DNA from: Azolla caroliniana
Taxonomy: Eukaryota > Plantae > Polypodiophyta
Assembly (NCBI GenBank): GCA_043228905.1
Contig: JBHGNT010000008.1
Location: 16,492,001 to 16,556,000, forward strand
DNA: 64,000 bases
Direction of reading: 5' to 3'
Shown here: positions 52,239 through 64,000 of the stretch, piece by piece
Layout: each line of letters opens with the position of its first letter
How positions within the stretch are numbered: position 1 is the stretch's first letter
The notes under the pieces: model-generated
Database searches by the model: none
What the model saw: the letters and a program-made list of their open reading frames with translations, nothing else
Told to the model about the DNA's origin: nothing
Program-made: the position numbers and the translations under genes

Positions 52239-54928
52239 CTTGGTTTGGGACTCCAACGACTTTGCCCTAATCGTTTTTTATAAAAGATGAAAGGCAACAA
52301 AGTTAAAGTTATCAATAAACACAAAAATAATATTTTTTAATGTGTATTTGATACATACTTGGACGAGGATCGAATTGGTGGTGTGTTATAACTCTGAATG
52401 TCCAATATCGATATCAGAGTTTTTGTTCTGCTGGGGCAGGTTCGTCTGTGTTCATGCTCAAAGTACGCCATCTGTTTGGATTTTGAACTCAAACTTAGGA
52501 TTAACAGGAATTTGGTGACATTCAAGTCGAGTTTAGATGAGGGCACTATTCCCCAAGTTCCACTACGTAATAAACTAAAGTTCAAAATTTTGAGTCTTCT
52601 CATAAATTAAATGAAATGTATTTAAATAACATATATCTAACTAATAATTGATAAAATATTATAAATTATCCTTATGATTTACCCACCAAAAACTAGCTAA
52701 ACAAATAGCTAAATAGCTATGACCATTTTAATAGCTAATTAGCTACTCACATTCTTTTACCCCTATACCTATCATCGGTGTAAAGGCATTGTAAATTTGA
52801 AATTTCAAGATTGTGTCACCTATTATTTATTATCACATGTATAAGGTAAAAGTAGAATATTCATAGATCTACACATTAGAGTTGCTAACACAGGTTCCTT
52901 GCGCATAGATCTTATAACTCTTGACATATCCTCACGTGGAGAGTTCAAGTCCCTCTCACGCCATCCTGGAAATCCCAATCTCCCCAATCCTTAGCTCCTA
53001 TCATGTTGATTGTAGTTGATTTGTGTTCTCCCTTGATGATATTCAATGTCATGGGAACACAACACATGCTACATAGCATTTTATCCACCCTCAAGTGTCG
53101 ACCTATATTCACTAATACACAACTTTTTGCAAATCACTCGCATGACTTTGTGAATATTCTCCCTCGGTATAGGACTAATATGTGGATGGACTCTTACTAT
53201 CTAATCCATAGGTAGCATTGCTTTTTAGGCATCCTAGGGTTGAAATTTCGAGTTTGTGTCAAGTATCTTTCATCACGATCTAAGATAAAACAAGTGTTTC
53301 TCTGTGTAGAGCTACATAGCTCTTGAGATGTCCTAAAGTCGAGAGTTCAAGCCTTTCTCACCCCATCCTCGACATTATAATCTCTACAATCATGCGTTCT
53401 TATCATGTTGATTCTATCCGATTCCAATTTGTATTCTTCCCTTATTTACTTCAATGTCATGGGAACACAACACATGCTATATGGCATTTTATCCACCCTA
53501 AGTGTCGATCAATATTCACTAACAAACCTCCTTTTGTAAACCATTCCGAATGTTCCTAGAGCTACACATTAGAGGTGATGATGCTAGTTCCTGGTGCGTA
53601 GTTCTCATAACTCTTGTGGTATCCTGACATCGAGAGCTCAAGCCACTCTCACCCCATCCTTGACATCAAAATCTCCACAACCATTAGTTCCTATCATGTC
53701 GATTGTAGATGTTTTGTGTTCTCCACTTATTTTCTTGAATGTTATGGGAACATGCTACATGGCATTTTATCCACCCTAAGTGTCTATATATATATATTCA
53801 GTAATACACCACTTTTTACAAATCACTCCCAATTTAAACTCACATTAGTTTATGAGTATTCTCCCTCGCTATAGGACTAACATGTCGATTACAGGTGTTG
53901 TGTGTTCTCCCCTTTTGTTCTTGAATGCCATGGGAACACAACACATGTTACATGGACTTTATCCACACTCAAGTGTCTATCTATATTCACTAATACACCA
54001 CTTTTTACAAATCACTCCCAATTTAAACTCGCATTAGTTTATGAGTATTCTCCCTCGCTATAGGACTAACATGTCGATTACAGGTGTTGTGTGTTCTCCC
54101 CTTTTGTTCTTGAATGTCATGGGAACACAAAACATGTTACATGGACTTTATCCACCCTCAAGTGTCTATCTATATTCACTAATACACCACTTTTTGCAAA
54201 TCACTCCCAATTTAAACTAGCATGACGCTGTGAATTTTCTCCCTCACTATAGGACTAACATTGCTTTTTGAGCATCCTAGAGTTGAAATTTTCAGCTATT
54301 GTCATGTATCTTTTATCACAATCCAAGATAAAATAGGTAGAGTTACATATATGGGGTGATGGCATAGTTGGCTAGTGCGTAGGTCTAATATCTCTTGAGA
54401 TATCCCAAGGTTGAGAGTTCAAGCTCCTCTCACCCCAACCTTGACGTCATGATCTTTGCAATCATTAAATCCTATCATATTGATTCTAGTTGATTTGTGT
54501 TCTTCCCTAATTTTTGCTAATGTCATGGGAACACACCACGTGCTACATGGCATTTTATCCACCCTATGAGTCTATCAATATTAACTACCACAACGCCTTT
54601 TGCAAAACATTCAGAATTTAAGCTCGCATGACTATGTGAATATTCCCGCTCGCGATATGACTATCATGAGGGTGGTCTCTTTGTTATCTAATGTATTCCT
54701 ATCATTGGTTAAAGGTATCGTGAATTTGAGATTTCAAGATGCTCTTAGGTATTATCTATTATAACAGGTATAAGGTAAAACTAGAATTTTCCTAGAGCTA
54801 CGCACGAGAGGTGATGATGTAGGTTCCTTACGTGTAGTTCTTATAGTTCTTGATGAAGTCGAGAGTTCAAGCCTCTCTCACCCCATCCTCGTCATCATTA
54901 TCTCTGCAATCATTAGTTCCTATCACAT

Positions 54929-55848
54929 TGTCGTGCCTTTCGGCGCCAGATCGTTGCGTGAGTCGGGTAGGAACCACTGGGGTTTTGGACTAGGAGGAGG
55001 AAGAATTTGAGACGAGTCTAATTATGAATAGATTATGTAAACGAGAGATAGAAATTTGCGAATCCCACAAGTATAGTTGTTTTAGTTTATCTTAATCGTA
55101 GCAATAAATTGAAATAGTTTAGAATAGATTATGAAAAGAGATCAAAACTGGTGAATCCCACAAGTATTATATTAATCAATATTTATGTAAGAATATGAAT
55201 GTAGATTGAAAGATAAGGATATAGAAACCTCGTGAATCCCATGAGTATAGTTTATTTCGTGAATCCCACAAGTATAATGAATTTTATTAATCAATATATA
55301 GATAAGAATATGAGTTTTGATTGAAAGAGAAGAATATAGAAACCTCGTGAATCCCACGAGTATAATTTATTAATCAGTACTTAGAAACATATCCAATTTC
55401 CAAGGATTTTTACATGCCCTATTATATCGTGTTGCCCATCCTTATATAATGATGAGAGAGTCTTAGCAATCTATGCTTTTTCTATCAATAGACTATATGC
55501 TTTATCTAAAATGTTTTTTCTAAAGTAATCATGCTTTTTCTAACTTGATGCGTTTTTATCGACTATAGTGTTCATGCACACTAGATATGCATGTGTAGCT
55601 TTTTCTTTTATCATGCGTTTTCTTCTAACTAAAGTTTATCCTAGAGTGAACATACCTTTGTATGTGAGACGTCTCTTTTTAACACTAATGATATGTTAGT
55701 GTAATGGTAAAGCTTCACATTATGTACATGGAGGTACAAGGTTCGAATCTTGCCCTAACGTATTTTAACATTTTCTTCTATTTCTTCATATTTATTGAAT
55801 CGGTTATTTTATACGTTTTTCATGTAGTGTACGAAATACACTACGACA
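54929..55848. mobile_element. Solo-LTR-like element (920 bp), copy A
   Basis: TGTCG...CGACA ends; TSD ACAT / ACGT; inverted homologue of 56285-57047; internal GTGAATCCCACAAGTAT repeats. Confidence 0.8.
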
Positions 55849-56284
55849 ACGTCGATTGCAACAATTTTGTGTTCTCCCCTTATTTTCTAGATTGTCCTGG
55901 GAACATGCTACATGGCATTTCATCAACCCTAAGTGTCTATCTATATTCAGTAATACACTACTTTTTGCAAATCACTCCCAATAGAAACTTGCATGACACT
56001 GTGAATATTCTCCCTAAAGTGTCAACCTATATTCACTAATACAACACTTTCTGCAAATCACTGCCTATTTAAACTCGCATGACTCTGTGAATATTCTCCC
56101 TCGGTCTAGGTCTAATATGTGGATGGACTCTTACTATCTAATCCATAGATATCATTGCTTTTTAGGCATCCTAGGTTTGAAATTTTGAGCTTCTCTCAAG
56201 TGTCTTTCATCACAATCTCAGATAAGATAGTTGTTTCGCCATGTAGAGCTACATATTAGGGGTGATGGCGTAGTTGGCTAACGC

Positions 56285-57047
56285 TGTCGTAGTGTATTTC
56301 GTACACTACGTGAAAAAGTAAAAATAATATAAATGATTAAATTACATATAAATAAATAAAATAAGAATATCAAAATATTTATCACATGCATAGGGCAGGA
56401 TTCGAACCTTGTACCTCCACGTAGCCAAACCCCAACTTTACCATTACACTACCTTATCTTTAGTGTTCTATAAATAGATTTAATAACTATAAGTGCTTTA
56501 TTTGCGCCTACCTTTATTAAAAGGTAAATCATGTATTTTTAGAGTGCGTGAATATTTTATAGAAAAACGCAAGCGACTAAAAAGTGACTCATGCACATCT
56601 AGCGTGCATGAGCACTATATTTAGCAAATAAAAGCAAGGATTAGAAAAGCATCACATGCACATTTAGTGTGCATGAACATATTAGAAAAAAAGCATGTAG
56701 CTATGCTTAGTCTCTCCCATCACTACATAAGGATGGGGAGCACAATGTAATAGGTGTGTGAAAAATATTTGGGAAATTGGATATATTTCCTAAAACACCA
56801 ATTAATAAACTATACTCGTGGGATTCACGAGAATTCTATATCATTCTCTTTCAACCGAAGTTTATATTCTTATATTCATATTGATTAATCTAATACAATA
56901 CACTCGTGGGATTCACGAGTTTGCTATAACTCTTTCTTACAACATATTTATATTCTTATTAGCCTTAAAACTCTCCTCTTCCTAGTCCAAAACCTCAGTG
57001 GTTCCCACCCGACTCACGCAAACGATCCGGAGCCGAAAGGCACGACA
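56285..57047. mobile_element. Solo-LTR-like element (763 bp), copy B, opposite orientation
   Basis: TGTCG...CGACA ends; perfect TSD ACGC (56281-56284 / 57048-57051). Confidence 0.85.
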
Positions 57048-58183
57048 ACGCGTAGGTCTCATAGCTCTTGTCTTGAGATATCATGAGGTCGAGAGTTCAA
57101 GGCTATCATGATCTCTACAATCATTAATTCCTATCATGTCGATGTTCTTCTCTAATTTTCTGCAATGTCATGGGAACCCAACATATTCTATATGGCATTT
57201 TATTGACCTTATGAGTCTATCTATATTCACTAGCACAGAGTCTTTTGCAAACCATTCCGAATTTAAGCCCGCATAACTATGTGAATATTCTCGGTCGCAA
57301 TATGACTATCATGAGGGTGGTCTGTTACTTAAGTAATGTATACCTATCATTGGTGTAAAGGCATTGTAAATTTTAAATTTCAAGATGGTAACATCGTGTC
57401 ATTTAGAACAGGTAATATGTCGCATTCTTTTATTGATGAATACATGAAATGTCAAGAATTACAATTTTTTAACAAACTTTCAAGAACACACATGACTTTT
57501 AAAAATATCAATAAAAAAGACAGTTAATATTATCAAGATTTTAAATTTAACCTATATTTTCTCAATTTATACACATATTTAGCCAGACATTCGCTTGGAT
57601 TACGAGAATGCTTTATACTATCATTGTGATATGCTTCATTTTACATAATGTTGAATTTGAATGCAATTGAACAATTTTAGAAACACAAATTTAATGTTAT
57701 ATTTCTCTCTAACTCCTATAAAGTTTGTTATATTAAATGAGCAAATTGCATTTTTGGGTATAATTAGACACATATTCACAAGTGAATATCACATTATATA
57801 CCTCACATGCCCAAAAGCTTCTACGAACATTATATCCCAGCAGTCATATATGAACAACCTAAATGTAAGATCAAGTGAGCAACAAGATTATTCTGTACAC
57901 TCAGAAATCCCAGAATAAAGCTACATTCAATTATATTAAGAAAGAAACAATTATAACCAACATTTGTTATACAATCGATAAGTTCATCATCATCTATTCA
58001 ATGAAAATTATACTTAACAACCTCATACTTTGTGAGTCAACCAATACAAATATATGATAGAAACTTAAAGCTTGCAAACCAATCAGATAGTGTAAAGAAA
58101 TGGTACTGAAACAAAATAATCTTATATTCCAAAACAAGTTTAGTGTTACGATTTTATAGTTACAAATACAAACTAATATACAA

Positions 58184-61100
58184 TCACTCTATTGGGAGGT
58201 CTGGAACAGGTTGCAATCCAAGATAAGTTGATAGTGGTGCAACATCAACATGTTCTGTCTCCTCAGTTGAATCTTGTATATGATCAAAACCCGGTGCATC
58301 TTCAAGGTTGACACGGTCGCCTCCTTCCTCGTCTATAGGTGCCATCGGCTCTTTGGAGGCCATCTGAAACATCTCTGTTTCGTTGATATGCTTTACCCCA
58401 ACCTCTTGGTTCTGGTTGAGACAATCCCAAATGCCTTGGATCCTCTTCTTAATAAAATTCACTTGGTCGGGGTCCTTTTCTAATGCGACGCAGTTCCTGA
58501 ACAGTTTAAGAGCACATGCAGTCGTTGTTCCTAAATAAACAATCATACATACAAAAGTGAAAACAGGACAAGAAATAATATTTCATTTTTAAAAAAATTG
58601 ATGAAACTTATGAGATTACTTGTTCCAAAAAATGAGTCCAAAACCCAATCATCAGGGTTCGAGAACAACTCGACCTATCGATTAATCAATCTTTGGGGCT
58701 TTTGAGAAGGGTTTACTAAACTCTTATCGCCAAACACGTGGCACAACTTCATCGTTGTAGCTGGGCACATGATATAGTTGACAACGTTCCGCTCATTAAC
58801 ATGTGCCCGAGCATTCTTCTTAGAAATTGCGTCGTAGTAGCCTAACACATGTGCTCCACAATGATCACCATTCGATCACCCGAGGTACGAGTTATGTTGG
58901 TTTTAACCGTATTGTATAATTGAATCGAAACAAGTTAATAAATATGTAGTAAGCAACATAGAATCCATACATTAAATATATAGTAACATAATGTTTACCA
59001 ATGCATATGTTCGGTGGCATGGCATCTCGACTTCAATGCAGTCGTGAGCAATAACACCTGACCCATACTGTGAAATATAACAATACACCATAATGGTACC
59101 AGGGTTAGCTCCGCAAAGTCCTTAACCATCTTCTCTATTTGTGAATATTTTTATGACACATCGTCGTATGTCGAGCCTGATATTCTGAAGCCATATGGTA
59201 TATCTGCCACGAGCAATATATAATGTCTCTTGGGTAATATGTCAAGCATATTACCCACATCACCATTATATACACTATAATACAATTGTCGGAAAGGAGG
59301 ACGGATTTGCAAAAAGCTTTTTACGGTATTTGAGTCCTCAGGCACCTCGAGCTCCTTTCCTTTTGTCATCCATTTCTCGTATTTAGCTCGTTCCAAATGG
59401 GTGATGAAGGCGCTAGGTATGCCTTCATTGCTGTCACTATTCTTCTTTGAACGAGGTCGTTTCTGTAATTATAAATTTTGTATGAAGAAACCCATTATCC
59501 AAAAATCGATTAATATTTGTAGAACATACATACCCATTATCTAAACACGATAAAGAATTCTTCAAGAGCCTTGTAAGATGATGTTTTTGGGCAAGATTGC
59601 TCCACTTCTTCCCATGTAGGAAGGGACAATTTTTTCATCATTAGCTCTAGAATCTTCATATACACCTTCTGGCTAAAAACAAAAGAAATTAAAATTAGAA
59701 TAAAAACAAATCAACAAAGCAATCAAATCAAAATGATACATGCACATAGATGACTCACTTTTGAAACTCTGTGACCATTTCGTCAAGGCTAAACTCCTTG
59801 GCGGCTACTCTTGATAATCCAGATATCAATAATCTGTCATCCTTAATTCCTTGCAGTGACCGCCAAGGAAGTAGCTTCATATCTTCGGCTAACTCTTCAA
59901 TTAATAAGTCACTTTTACGTGACTTAGATTTCATCTCCACCTGTGGGTCGAGCTTAGCCTTCTTTGACTTTTGACCCTTTATTTCTTTATGCTCCCACAT
60001 ACTAAAAATGTGATCTTGGAGGTCCCACACCTCCCTTGTGGGTCGAGCTTAGCCTTCTTTGATTTTTGACCCTTTCTTTCTTTATCCTCCCATATACTAA
60101 AAATGCGATCTTGGAGGTCCCACACCTCCCCTGTTCTAAAGGCATGTTGAAACCATGAGTCATATTTTCTCAAGCCTTTAGTCTTGGTGCTTTTGTCAAC
60201 TGCTATGCTCACTTCAAGTAGACATTGTTGTCGCAATCCAGGATGTAGCCGAGGACCTATTATTTGCAGCGTATCAAGGTACTCGTGATGGAAGAACCTG
60301 ATGCGCTCGATACATGACATATTTTGTCTATAGTCATTATCGTTGTTATGATCCCAAGCTAACAACTTGGTTTCTTCATGTGTAAGGCCTGCATACACTT
60401 TACATTCTGCATACTTGAAGAAAGGGGTAAGAGGATACTCCTTGTCAGTTGATGTCGGGCTTCAGTAGAGTGGGATCCTCCAATCACGTAGTATGTGTAG
60501 TCATCTGCCGAACTATACTTGAAGTCAGCAACAATAGGGCATTGATCTGGGTCGACCATTACTAAGAATGGCACTACAATCTCATGTGGATTAATCTTCA
60601 TTTTGCTTTTTAAGTTCAACACATGCACTGAATGTGGCTCTCTAATTTCTAGAGCCCGTCTTCCTGTCTCCGGATCGATGGGTGGCCGTTGAATAGAGCA
60701 TTTTGGTAAGTGAAATAATTATCCTTTATGTACAATCTTTGTCTTTACAATATTTTCTTTGATCCAGTTTTGCAATATTTTCTTTGAGTATCCCCAATGA
60801 AATGTGGCCCCCTAGAGGAATAACTTCAAGCTCGACTTCTTGCTCCTCATTTTCTACGAACTCGAGGACCTCCGACTCGTCCTCTTCTGGTTGTTGCCTT
60901 TTCTTGTACTTCTTATGTTCCGGTTTGAACTTCTTGGCAGACTTTGGTCGGGTTGTTGTTGGCATGACCATCAACTCTCCCTTAATGTACGGGGGCAAGC
61001 AACAATCAAGTTGTTTTTTGTCTGAACATCCTTTTTTAGGTCTTTAGGGTGGCAGGAGGCAGTAATGAAATTATGTTCATCGATGTTGACTCTGTGAACC

Positions 61101-61876
61101 CCCACGGAGCTATCAACATCGAAGAAGAGGTTCAATGAGTCGTTGTCTTCATATTCGATGTTTCGTATGTAGCTGTATGTGAATGTCTTTCCCACTTGCA
61201 ACTTGCCTTCACCTTCAGACTTTGCAGGAATAAGAAGGAGGTCCCTTTCGTCCTCGGTGTAGATCAATGTCCACTCCACATGGTAGTAGCTCTTCAGGCG
61301 AGGTTCCCCACTCTTTTCGCCTAAAGTCTTCGGCGTGTTACCGGCAAAGACTTTGAGGTGTCGTCACCTCCTGACTCGATAAATGTTTTGTGAGGATCAA
61401 GTTTCATCATGATGTCAAAAGGTTTTTTTGTTGGTGATGGAATTTTTATTTGAAAGATGGCACCTTCTGTCATGGCTCATTGAAAAAACTACAAATTTCG
61501 ACAGAAGGATATAACAATAATGTTATTAATAAACAATATAGACCTCTTAACTAAGGTAAAATTTAACAAAAACGATACATTTTTGTATAGAATGTTACAT
61601 AAAAAACTTCAAGAAATATACCAAAAAGTAGCAAAAAATTTGACTAAATTTGACCTATTGATGATGAAAAGCCCATTTTTCAATGGGAACTCGATGCAAT
61701 GCATCGAGTTCTCGTTAAAAAGGTGCATTGAGTTCCCTGCACTACATCGCATTCTCGTTGAAAGGGACACACCTTGATTATGGAAGCAATAGTTGAATAA
61801 AACAAAAAAGAATCTTTAAGGAATCTAAAATGTTGGGTTGGAAAACATACCTGGCAATTTTCTTTCCCTTGTTCAT
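58184..61876 (-). pseudogene. ParB-like/amino-MTase gene, diverged copy 3
   Basis: KMKINPH..VVPF.VMVDP, YVIGGSHS, LLAWDHNNDNDYRQ, ADIPYG, NPSQKP, WVLDSFFGT, GTTTACALKLFRNCVALEKD; short phase-2 first exon 61876-61851; frameshifts and a duplication at ~59940-60120. Confidence 0.85.
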
Positions 61877-62142
61877 GTTGATGTCGGAGATGTTGACTTG
61901 ACTGGGGAAGTGAAAACTCGACGATTTTGGTTGCTAAGTGCCCTTCTGCTCCTGTGCTCTTCTTCTGCTTGAACGTGATAATGAGAAATAGAAGATGAGT
62001 TCCCTTTATATAATTTTTATTTTGTATTTTTAAAAATATTTTTAGAAAAAAATAAAAAATATGTTTTTGGACATGGTGCTTATTATAGAACCAAGCTTGT
62101 GCCTATTTTGGACATTGTTGTTGTTACTTAGCCTTGAGCAAA

Positions 62143-64000
62143 ATGTCCTCAAAGTCAAGTGAAAATTCTTTGTTTTCTATTGAGCCTGTTATATTATCTG
62201 ATAACTCCTTATTCTCAATAGAGGAATATAGTCATGTTAATAATAAAAGGTGCCATGTTAAGACCAACGACGATCAAGAGTGAAGTTCGACGTCAATTTT
62301 TCGATCGAGCCATTAAACTTAGGTAAAATAAGTTATATTAAAGTAGATACAACTCATGTCGAGTCTAGTTTATCGAATGCTAACGAAGATTGTGTCAATA
62401 AGCCTCTAATTTTCAAAGAGTTCCTCGACAAGTGAGTGTTAAAAGATATAATTTTTTGTGTTCGGATCGACAAATTTCAATTGACATATGCAAGGTATGT
62501 TGTGGGAGCCTTTGTCTATCAAAATTTGGAAAGGCAAACTTGCGGGGGTTGCGACAAAAGTATTTGTCTCTCAATGGGGATGAACAAGATACATTCTTGA
62601 TTGCCAATATGCAACTTGTTAAGGACCATCTGGTAGTGTCGTGTTCTCAGCAGGTGTAATATTACCTTTCACTTACTACGAAGAGTTGTCGAGTTGCTTT
62701 TAAAATTGCTTATAGCATCAGGAACATGAGGCTACAGAGAATTCAACATCGATTACTGAAAGGGTGGTGGGTGCCTTTCAACAATACAAAATTTTCATGT
62801 AAGGGCTTGATTGAGCAACATGTTGTTAGATGGTTGAAGATTTATTTCTCAAAGCAATGTGATGTTATGCCCACCACTGAAAGGTTACATTTGTCAGATA
62901 ACTTAACTCGTCGTGAGGTATACCAAGGCTATAAGGATGACATGTTATTGGAAAGTGTACATTATATACAATATCAGCATTTTAATCGTTTATGGCGATT
63001 GAAGTTTAACAATGTGCTCATACCCCGCAAGGTTTGCATGGGTGTTTGTTCGATCTGCACGAGTTTAAAAAGATTGGCAAAGAGTGGGACAATAGATGAA
63101 GAAATAACAAAATATAAGACTTTATTGAGAGAGCCTCGAGAAAGCCATGCGTTGGAAAGATCTAAAGCTATGCACCATCGTCAAAAAGTGCTTCAATTGC
63201 GAGAAAACAACATGTGCTTGATTATAAATGGGATGGATCAAATGAAAACTTGTTTGCCACATTTTTGAAGGTTGCCCAAGGATATTGGAGATGAATGCCT
63301 AGTGCAGATGCACTTAGTAGGATGTCTTTTGTATTGTTAGACAATAAGGCCTCAAGTGTTCTTAACTTATCCAAATATCCACAACGACCCTAATCTTACA
63401 GTTACAGTCATGCAAAGAGTTCTGCAGAGTTGAGAATAAGTGCTCTTAACTTATCCAAATATCCACAACGACCCTAATCTTATAGTTACAGTCATGCAAA
63501 GAGTTCTGCAGAGTTCTACAAAGATGAATGCCTAGTGCAGATGCACTTAGTAGGATGTATTTTGTATTGTCGGACAATAAGGCCGCAAGTGTTCTTAACT
63601 TATCCAAATATCCACAACGACCCTAATCTTACAGTTACAGTCATGCAAAGAGTTCTGCAGAGTTGAGAAGGTTTACTCCCACCAGTACTATAAGTGCAAC
63701 TTAACATCACGGCGAGAGAAAACAAGAATTGAACTGTGTTTAGTTACCTGAGCATGTTAGTAGAAAAGGGTATTTCCAAAAAGATTAAGGTCAACTTCTG
63801 GCTAGTTGGTCATACACATGATCACATTGATCAAATGTTTAGTAGGTTCTCCAAGAAATTAGCGAGGTGAGATACTTTCACACTTCCTGTGCTATCAAGG
63901 TTGATCGCTGAAGCTTATACCCCCAACCCAGATGTGCAACATTTAGATGAAGTATATGATTTCAAGCACATTTGTTTGGATGGTGATGGGATTGCATGTA
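62143..64000 (+). pseudogene. Sola-like transposase, diverged copy 3 (partial)
   Basis: FSIEEY N-terminal motif, CSIC, NGMDQMKTCLPH, MHLVGC, NDPNLTVT, LVGHTHDHIDQMFS; stops and internal tandem duplications at ~63290-63665. Confidence 0.87.

Larger units (their letters stand above)
39078..52763 (+). mobile_element. Large Sola2-like DNA transposon remnant (left end deleted)
   Basis: Starts mid-transposase at the repeat junction; ends ...CACATTCTTTTACCCC at 52763, where the tandem repeat resumes at TATA. Only one terminus is visible, so the extent is inferred. Confidence 0.55.
52764..57389. repeat. Degenerate modular tandem repeat, block 2
   Basis: Same motifs and orientation as 29350-39077; near-exact ~190-bp tandem duplication at ~53820-54200. 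Confidence 0.85.
57390..64000 (+). mobile_element. Diverged relative of the Sola-like ParB-MTase transposon, copy 3 (right end outside the window)
   Basis: The tandem repeat breaks at AACATCGTG (57390); same divergent two-gene layout as copies 1 and 2. Confidence 0.8.

Noticed and set aside
55697-55756. Functional tRNA gene
   Set aside because: Only A/B-box-like motifs; no convincing acceptor or anticodon stems, and the two copies differ there.

Overview
Eukaryotic, transposon-only heterochromatin-like window, most likely from a moss-like early land plant (inferred from the LTR families, plant tRNA-Trp and Met-i primer sites, and plant RACK1/NAT fragments). No intact host gene is present. 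Bases 1-29.3 kb are one old Ty3/gypsy element split by four insertions: a copia, a second gypsy, and two copies of a ~9.2-kb DNA transposon. Bases 29.3-57.4 kb are a degenerate modular tandem repeat invaded by a copia, solo LTRs and a Sola2-like element, which itself hosts a Pack-MULE-like element. The main discovery is a Sola-like (DDD transposase) DNA transposon present three times: ~7724-16921, 19104-28320 (36-bp TIRs, 4-bp TSD) and a diverged relative from ~57390. Divergently from its transposase it carries a six-exon gene, intact in copy 2 (974 aa by hand splicing), that fuses a ParB/Srx-like domain to a prokaryote-type beta-class amino (N6-A/N4-C) DNA methyltransferase. Intron 1 of that gene contains a conserved 25-bp palindrome, GAACTCGAT-N7-ATCGAGTTC, arrayed up to 10 times and showing compensatory changes between copies. 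All family and domain calls come from motifs recognised by eye; no database searches were run.
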